Assembly: GCA_965202585.1 (NCBI GenBank)
Contig: OZ241828.1
Location: 71,424,001-71,488,000 of the forward strand
Direction of reading: 5' to 3'
Origin: Thalia democratica
Lineage: Eukaryota
DNA length: 64,000 bases
Of the stretch, positions 54,501-64,000 are shown one piece after another (within the stretch, counting starts at the first letter, position 1; every line of letters begins with the position of its first letter). The notes below the pieces were generated by a model that was not told the DNA's origin, ran no database searches, and saw only the letters and a list, made by a program, of their open reading frames with translations. The position numbers and the translations under genes are program-made.

Positions 54501-57500
54501 AAAGCTGTTTATAATTCAATTATACTTCACTTAAAAATAAATTGTATTTAAAAATGTATATTTTAATAAGTTTGTTTGGCTGTAAATTAATTACTGAAAA
54601 TAATACTATAAAACTGTTGATAAAACGAGCAATTAGTCATAAAAACTTGACTCACGTATTTTACTTAATAAATACGTAAAAATTGACTAAATGTAATTAG
54701 TTCAAAAAAAAAAAGGTTAATTCAATTTTTTTAATAAATTTAAATAATTTCTTTAAAAAATTGTAAATTAATGAATATTACAATTTATGATCTATGTAAA
54801 TTAAATCGTTTAATAAATTGATAATCAATATTCTTTTTTCATTCACTTAAAATTTTTGTCTATTTAGTATCAGAAATGAAACAAGTGGTTTTCTAGTTGG
54901 ACAGAATCCTGAATTATTTATGTATACTACCTAAACCACTACTTTAGCTTAATACATGTATATGCGTTTTTATCAAGCAAATACAGCTTTTTTTGTGAAA
55001 AAATAAATGTAAAGATTAATTTTAAGAAAACTAACAAACTTTTTGGAGATTTCTTGATTTGCATAGTTCATTTCCAGTTCTACCTGCTCTTTGGTGATTT
55101 CCGCAATCTAATAAAAATTCAACATATTTCAATCATTTATTTAATTATAATTATATCAACAAATTATATAAATAAGCTTCTAATCTGTTTTTAAGTTCTT
55201 ATGATAATTCAGTACATATACTTTTTTAAGTTTTACGTTTCAGGATATATAAGTTTTTTTAAGTTATATCTTGATACAACCGTATATAACCGTATATACA
55301 ACCAACTCTTGGCTAGTTTTGGCGTAATTTTTTAACTGAAATTAGCTTATGTTTTATAAAAGTTTAAAGTTTTATTTACCTTCAAGAGTTTTTCGTAACC
55401 TCGGGAAGATGTAGGCAAGTAATCCTTGTAAACTGGATCATTTGATGGATTGTACTGGCTAATTTTGTCCTGTTGAGAAATTATTAATAATGATTATAAC
55501 ACTATTTAAATAGTTGCGGGTTTAACTACTAATTAAGTTATAATATTATGAATTACAAAAACTAATGATACAATATTAACTATACCATAACAAAAAAATT
55601 ACTTTGACACTATATTTTAAATGAAAAAAGAGGAGTATCTTATTTTTTTATTGGAAACTACCACGTTAGGAAGACTTTTAAAGTTTTCTAGTCTCAAGCA
55701 ATGAAATAATTTTCGAGAAAACGAAAATAGGTAGATTTTTAGTATTTAGAAAACATATTTGTTTTTTAACACTTTCATTATAACAAAACTTAGGTATTTA
55801 AAAAAAGCTTATTTATGTAAAATGATTGAATAACCTAAACAACAAATTAATAAATATAATCATATAAAGTTTAATACAATTTCAATAAAAAAAGTTGCAG
55901 TCCTCATAAACTAGTAAAACTTGTTTCAATCTCTATGCAGTATAAAGCTTAAAAACTAACATAAAGATTTGTAGGAATTCCATTTTTAGAAATTGTATCA
56001 ATAACATCATCCACTGTCTGTAATGCACTTTTCACTTTTTTCTTCTGTTTGTTTTTTTAAATGTATGATTAATTTAAAACATTATTATGTGATACTTAAT
56101 TCATGTGCTTGTGCAGCTTTACTTAAAACTACATGAGCTACATGTTAAAAAAATAGTTTGCACATTTAAAAAATTGTTTGAAACTAATACTATAAAATAC
56201 TTCTGCATTTTAATTTTATAAAAACTGTATCAGCTAAAATAAAAATTAATTTAAGTTTAATTATACGAGCATAACATTCATTTTAATGCAAAGTCATGCT
56301 AGTACAGCATCAATAAACAATTATGAAGCTACAGTATAAACAACAACAAAGGTTCAAAGTACAGGTAACAAAAAGCTTACTTCATTATCAAGGGGTATTG
56401 AAATTTAATAAAAATATAAGCCTCCTATTAAGGGCATAGGGGAGTTAACACCTTTTTTTGGTTTTTGATCTTATTTCATATAGTTTTTACTAAACTACAA
56501 AATGCTTTTTACAGATCATAAAAATTCAAAATTATTTTTGAGATATAGCTGGTCAAAGTTGGAGGCAAAAATAGGTTCCTTAAGGGAGGCGCAAACTAAA
56601 ACGGCAAAAAAAGACTATTTCACTAAAAATCTATCTTCTCCTAAGGTTTTTGAGATAACTACCTCAAATATTTAGGAAATGTTCCTTGATATATTTAGAA
56701 AATTCAGTCGTAAAGAGTTTTAAAAAAATTAAAAAATAAACATTTTTTATAAATATAAACAAAAAAAGGTTTTTTTATTTTTGTCATAAAATTTCTATTT
56801 TTTATTTTTTTAATTTTTGTTCCGACAGAATTTTCTAAATATATCAAGAAACAATTCCTGAAAATTTTTTTTAGATAGATTTTTAGTGATTTCTAGTTAT
56901 TTGCCGTTTTAGTTTGGGCCTCCCATAAGGATCCTATTATTCCCTCCGACTTTGACCAGCTATATCTAAAAAAATATTTTGAATTTTATAATCTGTAAAA
57001 AGCATCTAGTAGCTTAGTAAAAACTATATAAAATAAGATTAAAAATCAAAAAAGGGTATTTACCTCCCTTCCCCCCTATTCCCTTAATGGTTGCTAATAT
57101 TAGAGTCAACAAAACTATTCTGAGTTATCTAGAGCCTTTTTCAAATCCTTAAAAAACTTTTTCTAACTTTTAAAATCTATAAAATCAAGTTTTACAACAA
57201 AACTGGTAATAGAATAACTAAATATTAAAACTTATTCCACAAAACTTAATTCAAAACCTAGAAAAAAATGGGCCAAAGAAACAAAAATTCAGTATGAGTT
57301 TATGAGATAAATGAAAATAAGCATTATAAGTCTAAGACTGAAAAAAGTTACCATTAATCAAGCTTTAGCATTCAATCTTAAATAACCACAACAATAACCA
57401 TAATTTATTCAAAAGTTAAACAAGAAGTTAATTAAGAGGATAAGGGAATCTTACATATTTTTTTTACAAAAATTAACATTGGCTCTTTCATGAAAGCCTA

Positions 57501-59391
57501 AAGTATAAACTAAAAGCCAGCTTTTACACAATACACAAATTTTAATTAGTTTCTGGGACATAGACTTTTTGTAAAGTGTTTCCAATACAAATGTATGGTT
57601 AGCAAAATTTTCAGGATCAATTTTCTCAGAAATTTAAAACAATAAATCTACCTTCTCATTTGTTTTTCAAGCTAAAGACCTCAAATTTTAGGAGAACATT
57701 CTTTTTATAGTTTAAAAGACTTTAAATATTATAAAATAAAAGTTTAGATAAAAAAACAGGTGGTTTTTTTAATAATATTTAAACATTTTCAAAAAAAAAT
57801 CCTGCATTAAATTATTAAAGTATTAGCAATAGACTTACTGAGAAAATTTTAAGAAGATTGGGGAAAAATGAAGGTGATAGTTTTTTTTGTGTTTTTGGCT
57901 TTTGACTTTTATAAGAAACCTATTGAGGTCATCAACTTTTATTGCTCATATCTCAAAAGTTATTTTGAACTTTATTAAGAGGTAAAAAGTGTTTGATAGC
58001 TCAGATTAAACTCTACAAAATAAGATCAACTTGTAAAACATTAAAATACAATTTGTAAGAAAATTAGGGTTGCCACTCTTTAAATTAAAAAAACTGCCTT
58101 GAGTGACCACAAACTATCATGAACTGTCCTAAGTCATATTGAGTTTCAAATCCTTAAAAAATATTTCTTAAATTGATTCAAAAACAATAAAATCAAGATG
58201 TTTAATAAAATTGGTTATTAAATAACTAAATCTACTAAAACTCATTCAAAATCTATAAAAAAATGTCTACAGTTTTTATAAAAAAAAACTTAACTGAGTC
58301 AGCCTGAGTATAAAAAACAAATTAAAAGTATCCTGAGTTTGTGCTAACCCCAAAAACAAGATTCAATTCATTAAAAATTACCCTAAAAAATACCTTCAAT
58401 TTTAAGGCCTAATACACATTCTTGTTTTGTTTTGAGATATTGATCAAAAAATGCTTGTACCTTTCTAATGAATTATACTGATACAATTAATTAAATATAT
58501 TTTTTTAATATTTTTAAAAAACACAACTAACTTTGTATATTTTAATCCCACTCCCAGGCAGAACCACGTAGCTTTGTTCTGATTGGCAGGATTCATTTGA
58601 TCTTTGCTCTGATTGGCCAATAGAACTCTCAAATTTATATGAAGACTTTGAAGGATTCTGCTTGGCGCTGTACTTTTCATCTAATTTGTACTGCCTTATG
58701 AAATCATTCAACCAATCATGGGTGATTCTGAACGCGGGATTCTGCACATGATACCTGAAACAATCCTTAGTGCATTTGCACAAGACAATGGACAAAGCTT
58801 CAATTGATACTTTAGCATGGGTGTTGGCAAATTCACTCTTGACCAGTTCCAATATTATAGGCGTATAAAAATATTTTAAATCTATATTTGAAATGTTTGT
58901 TTGGTTAGATAAACTGTTGTTAAGAAATTTGAAGCTGAACAACTTGATTCTTTTTTTGTGAACAGATTTTTGGCTTTTAAATGAAAAGCTGTTGAAAATT
59001 GTTTCAGAAATTTTCAAAATATTGTAAAGTTTTTCTGTTTCAGGTAAAAAAAAGTTACTGTTAACTTGTTACTCCCTTTAACTAGCGTTCACAAAAAATG
59101 TTTCAAATTGTTCAATACACAGCATAAACCAGTTATAAAACACATATCAAGAAACTAAAATGTGTGCTAAATTATAAGTTTAAAATAGTTGATGATATGA
59201 AATGAACTATTTAATCCCTTGATAAATGTATCTCACATGGTTTAGTCTGCATAAACACTATATACTTATTGGAAATTATAACACTTTAAGCCTATATAAA
59301 TGTTAGCAACAACAATACTCAATATTCTGAGTTAATTGATACTAGTTTAACTTTAATCACACAAACTATACTGAAACTCACTTTCTGTCAT
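51523..59391 (-). CDS. Uncharacterised protein of about 817 aa; possible N-terminal CENP-B-type HTH and a long K/S/N-rich disordered region
   Basis: Exons 59382-59391 (MTE, GTGAGT donor), 58532-59034, 55961-56044, 55380-55469, 55036-55107, 52687-54276, 52031-52099 and 51523-51558 (YLEDWLDSVTY-stop). Total 2,454 nt, phases consistent, all GT-AG. Includes ORF-track hits 52666..54162 and 58514..59017. The first and last exons are the least certain. Confidence 0.7.
52214..52585. mobile_element. MITE family A, copy 2, in an intron of gene 2
   Basis: Perfect 11-bp TIR CAGGGTTGCCA...TGGCAACCCTG and an exact 6-bp direct repeat TAATAT on both sides. Confidence 0.82.
56432..57083. mobile_element. Fold-back MITE family B, copy 1 (TTAA TSD, GGG...CCC ends; Kolobok-like)
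   Basis: TTAA|GGGCATAGGGG...CCCCCTATTCCC|TTAA. The left half is an imperfect reverse complement of the right half over about 300 bp. A second copy is at 59843. Confidence 0.8.
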
Positions 59392-59842
59392 TTTTATGAC
59401 AACTTTACCTTACATAGTTGTTTATGAATAAATAATTTTAAAAAATTGTATGTTTTATAGAAATTTTGTAAAGCTTATATTAGAACTTAGGTTATGCTTG
59501 AAAAAATATACTCTTAAGTACATTTTTAAGCAACTTGTGTAAGTGGACTTTTTATTGGGATAATTTTCAATTTCTCTAAAGTTAGAACTATAAATTTATT
59601 ACCTAAACTTAAGTAAAAGATTCATTTCTAATTGTACATTAATTTACTATCTGCTATATAATTTGAAGAAAATTTAACTATTGCCTAGTACAAAATTCTA
59701 ACTAATTAAGTACAGACTGATTAGAAAATAGGTAAATAGAAAAATTTGTATTAATTTTAAAGTTTTATAAAAAATATAGACTAAATAAAAAAAAAAAAAA
59801 ATTAATAGAGTAAATAAATAGTACTAAAGACTTTTTATTTAA

Positions 59843-60526
59843 GGGTATAGGGGGGTTACACCCTTTTTTGGTTTTTGATCTTATTTTATATAGTTTTTAC
59901 CAAGCTACAAGATGCTTTTGACAGATTTAAAATTTCAAAATAATTTTTGATATATAGCCGGTTAAAGTTGGAGGCAACAATATGTTCCTTATGGGAGGCG
60001 CAAACTAAAACAGCAAATAACTAGAAATCACTAAAAATCTATCTCATCCTACGTTTTTTGAGATATCCACCTCAAATTTTCAGGAAATGCTCCTAGGAAC
60101 ATTTAAAAAATTATGTCAGAATAGAATTTAGAACAATTAAAAAATAAAAAGTTAATAAAAAAAAACAATAATAAAACAGGTTTTTTTTGTTTATTTTTTA
60201 TATAAAATTCTAAATTTCTAATATTTTAAAAATTCCTTCAGAGAGAATTTTCTAAATATATCAAGGAACATGTCCTGAAAATTTGAGGTCGTTATCTCAA
60301 AAAACGTAGGAAAAGATAGATTTTTAGTGAAATAGTATATTTTTGCCGTTTTAGTTTGCGCCTCCCATAAAGAACTTATTGTTGCCTCCGATTTTGAGCG
60401 GCTATATGGCTATATCTAAAAAATATTTTGAATTTTTCAAATCTGTATAAAGCATTTTGTAGCTTAATAAAAACTAAATAAAATAAGATCAAAAACCAAA
60501 ATAGGGTGTTTATCCCCCCTTTGCCC
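59843..60526. mobile_element. Fold-back MITE family B, copy 2
   Basis: TTAA|GGGTATAGGGGG...CCCCCTTTGCCC|TTAA; colinear with 56432-57083; long imperfect inverted arms. Confidence 0.8.
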
Positions 60527-61517
60527 TTAATACAAAACAATTTAATAAAATTTTAAATTTTTGTTAAATTTTTCAGATCAAAAACTGTTCAAACTGCCTT
60601 AAAAACAGCCACCTTAATAATATTGGTTTTATGTTTATACTTTATCTCCTACTAAATATAAAAACTGTACTTTCCTAAACAATTAAAAGATAATTTTCAA
60701 GTTCATTCAGTTTTGCTTTCCTTAAAAAATTGGAAGTAATAAATGTTTTTCTTTTTTAGAGTAAATACAATACCAAGAAAAAAAAATAGTTTCAATTATA
60801 TTTCATCCTTAAATTGGGAAAAACATCAGCACAAGCCTGGACTTTTGTATGCTCAAGCTTAACAAAAGTTCATCAGTTTGATTAACCCTTTTTTTATCTA
60901 AAATTTATAAACTTATATAGTCTTCTTAAAAACACTTTTATATGTATAAATATTTTAAAACCATTTCATAGTAAGTTCATTTATAATATTAGTTAAAGAG
61001 AAATAAACCAAACTTTGAAGAAAATTTTTGGTACTTTTATTTTTATAATCTGTTATTTCAATTTTTTTTAACCATAAAATAAAAATTACTTTCATTCCTG
61101 AAGTTGATAATTATTAATTAAACTGACTGTATATTCCATTAGTAATTAATTTTTTGCTTTTATATAACAAAAAAACTTTTTAAAAGTTAGGAATATGTTA
61201 ATAAATCAATATCAAATTTCTGTGTAATGTGAATCTTTTATCCTTAAAAACTATTAAGAACAAATAGTTTACATATAGAATAAACAGTTTACTGTTGAAT
61301 CAAAATAAATAATTATTAGAAAAAGCATGTATATTTAGTAAACTAAATTTTAAAACTATTCAAACTTTGATAAATATTGATAGATTAATATTTAAACAAT
61401 ATTTTTTTTCATATATCTTATAGCTTTTTTTAAAGGTATTTCAAATAATTCAAGTGTTGTTATATATAAACTGATTGTTATTGAAAATGAAAAACTTTTC
61501 AAAGTGTAAACAAAAAT

Positions 61518-61568
61518 TGTAAACTGAAATATACTTGTTGCGTAGCAACAAGTATATTTCAGTTTACA
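61518..61568. repeat. Perfect 24-bp inverted repeat with 3-nt loop
   Basis: TGTAAACTGAAATATACTTGTTGC-GTA-GCAACAAGTATATTTCAGTTTACA. Confidence 0.95.
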
Positions 61569-62399
61569 CTTTTCTGTATAATTTTGCTAAAGCAAAATTA
61601 CTGTAGAAAAAACGAGAGAGTCAGCTTTTTTTTAATTCTCTCGTTTTCTCTAGCCTAATATTCTACATTACTACACTAAATAAGAAAACTCAAAGCAAAA
61701 AATAAACTTTATTATGTTTCAAAACAAAAAAAAAAGTATCTAAAAAAATGTAAAGTGTAAAATAAAATCTTACTTTATGCTTAAAAAATAAAAATTATTA
61801 AATAAAATTAAACTGTCAACAAAAATTAATTCTTTTAAAATATTATCAAATATAAAACTTCCATCCTTCCAGTTTTCAGAGGAGCAACTGCACTACACTT
61901 TACTTCTGGTTCATGTTGATAGTTTTTCTATAGGCGAATTCATCCACAGAAATTTTCTACATTGAAATCAACTTCTTCTACATGTTCTCCATCTGTAGCA
62001 TTGTTTATATCATTAGCTTGTAAACATTAGCTTTGAAAGACTTAGTTAGAAACACTATAAAACATTTTGAATTCAATTTAAGAACCAGAGATAAACAAGT
62101 ACCAGGGACTAAAAATGATAAATTGAAATGTTGTTTCTTTTATGTTATTACAAATAAAATAACAATTTTTTTATATCATAGAATACTAATAATAAAAATG
62201 TTTTATATTATAATAAAAGAAATAAAACTTTTCTTTACAAAAATCACAATAATAAAATAACAAACTTTTTTAAATTATAAAATACTACTAACAATAAATA
62301 CAGAAAAACTATAATAATAGAAATGAATCCTTTCTACACTAATAAATAGAAAAAAAACAATAATAAATACAATAAATAATATATAAAACAATAAATAAT

Positions 62400-63255
62400 A
62401 ATGATAGTAATAGTAATCAACCATTTTAATAAAAAATTATAACATACCGATATTAGTAATTTTTTATTAATAATGATAACAACAATAATAATAATAATGT
62501 TAGTTATAGTAATTAACGATTTTAGTAAATTTTTTTTATAACATAACGATATTAGTAATTTTTGATTAATAATGATATGATAACAACAATAGTAATTATA
62601 ATAATAGTAATAGTGATTAACGATTTTAGTAAAAAATTTATAACATAACGATATTAGTAATTTTTAATTAATAATGAAAACAACAATAGTAATAATAATG
62701 TTAGTTATAGTAATTAACAATTTTAGTAAAAAATTTATAACGTAACGATATTAGTAATTTTTAATTAATAATGATAACAACAATAATAATAATAATAATG
62801 ATAGTAATGGTAATTAACGATTTTAGTAAAAAATTTATAACATAACGATATTAGTAATTTTTAATTAATAATGGTAACTTATAATAATGATAGTAATAAT
62901 GATAGTAATGGTGATTAACGATTTTAGTAAAAAATTTATAACATAACGATATTAGTAATTTTTAATTAATAATGGTAACTTATAATAATGATAGTAATAG
63001 TAATTAACGATATTAATAAAAATTTATAACATAACGATATTAGTAATTTTTAATTAATTATGATAACAACAATAGTAATAATAATGATAGTAATAGTAAT
63101 AAAAAATTTTTATAAAAAAATTATAACTTAACGATATAAGTAATTTTTTATTAATTATGATAACTTATAACTATTAATAATAATGATAGTAATAGTAATT
63201 AACGATTTTAGTAAATAATTAAAACATAACAATATTAGTAATTTTTTATTAATAA
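62400..63255. repeat. AT-rich minisatellite of about 100 bp, about 9 copies
   Basis: AACGATATTAGTAATTTTT...AACGATTTTAGTAAAAAATTTATAACAT recurs about every 87-102 bp, with variable (AAT/AGT)n tracts. Confidence 0.9.
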
Positions 63256-63260
63256 TGTAT

Positions 63261-64000
63261 TTCTACGGATACTCACGTCGTGCCGAAGACGCATACGAAT
63301 TTTCATCAACAATTACCGAGTAACTTTGCTGGAATCGTGTTCCAAAGCAAAATCCTTGTTTTCTATGGTGACGTCACAATAGTGGTAGAATCAAGCTAAT
63401 TTTCATTTCTACAGATACTCACGTCGTGCCAAGGACGCATACGAATTTTCATTAATAATTATCGAGTAACTTTGCTGAAATCGTGTTCCAAAGCAAAATC
63501 CTTGTTTTCTATGGTGACGTCACAATAGTGGTAGGATCGAGCTGATTTTCATTTCTACGGAAACTTACGTCGTGCCAAGGACGCATACGAATTTTCATTA
63601 ACAATTACCGAGTAACTTTGCTGGAATCGTGTTCCAAAGCAAAATTATTGGATTCTATTTGCATATCCTTGTTTTCTATGGTGACGTCACAATAGTGGTA
63701 GGATCGAGCTGATTTTCATTTCTACGGATACTCACGTCGTGCCGAGGACGCATACGAATTTTCATTAACAATTACCAAGTAACTTTGCTGGAATCGTGTT
63801 CCAAAGCAAAATTATTGGATTCTATTTGCATATCCTTGTTTTCTATGGTGACGTAACAGTAATAGTAGGATCGAGCTAATTTTCATTTCTACGGATACTC
63901 ACGTCGTGCTAAAGACGCATACGAATTTTCATCAACAATTACTTAGTAACTTTGCTGGAATCGTGTTCCAAAGCAAAATCCTTGTTTTCTATGGTGACGT
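63261..64000. repeat. Satellite with 146-bp and 167-bp unit variants, continuing beyond the window
   Basis: The unit start TTCTAC occurs at 63261, 63407, 63553, 63720 and 63887, giving periods of 146, 146, 167 and 167. The long unit has a 21-bp insert TATTGGATTCTATTTGCATAT. Confidence 0.93.

Noticed and set aside
57432-58083. Third TTAA-type MITE
   Set aside because: One end (GGGTTGCCACTCT|TTAA) looks terminal, but I found no matching inverted left end or second copy.
59237-59246. 10-nt microexon in gene 2 intron 1 (TGCAG|ACTAAACCAT|GTGAGA)
   Set aside because: Inclusion creates TAA in either plausible phase. There is no support beyond the splice dinucleotides.
60790-60900. Second hAT remnant (QACADVFPNLR)
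   Set aside because: Only a short FPNL-like motif with a frameshift; no PVT/ERSFS motif or TIRs follow.
61853-62035. Upstream coding exon of gene 2
   Set aside because: The GC-richer stretch has stops (TGA, TAG) in its best minus frame and no phase-compatible junctions. It is more likely a decayed fragment.
1-64000. Treating ORF-track entries as independent prokaryote-style genes
   Set aside because: They are either single exons of the two spliced genes read through into introns, or chance ORFs in AT-rich DNA. Many start at TTG/CTG/GTG.
63261-64000. Satellite as a tandem exon-intron array (minus-strand GTGAGT donor, 60-nt intron, CATAG acceptor per unit)
   Set aside because: The putative exons are 86 or 107 nt (not multiples of 3) and two of the three frames contain stops, so a chain cannot stay open. 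One donor is also mutated.

Overview
This is AT-rich animal (eukaryotic) genomic DNA, so most of the six-frame ORF track is exon fragments or noise. (1) Positions 119-41983 (minus strand) hold a fibrocystin-L/PKHD1L1 orthologue. I assembled by hand 74 in-window GT-AG exons (11,480 nt, 3,826 codons) with consistent phases and no internal stop. The order is signal peptide, IPT/TIG repeats, PA14-like region, more TIGs, G8, PbH1, second G8, PbH1. The 3' end runs off the left edge. (2) A second minus-strand gene (8 exons, about 817 aa, 51523-59391) encodes a mostly disordered K/S/N-rich protein with a possible CENP-B-type HTH. (3) Mobile DNA includes a decayed hAT element with 8-bp TSD, a 2-copy MITE family with 6-bp TSD, a 2-copy TTAA fold-back MITE family and small intronic MITEs. 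(4) Tandem repeats: 33-bp, about 100-bp, and a 146/167-bp satellite at the right edge. The most unusual signals concern splicing. 44 of 74 donors have T at +3 and only 2 are GTAAGT. At least 8 exon boundaries have tandem 'echo' copies of the splice junction in the adjacent intron. A TGACGT(C/A)A motif clusters near splice sites, and there is a candidate frame-complementary microexon pair. The organism cannot be fixed from sequence; a tunicate is a low-confidence guess. All coordinates were read by eye and should be confirmed computationally.
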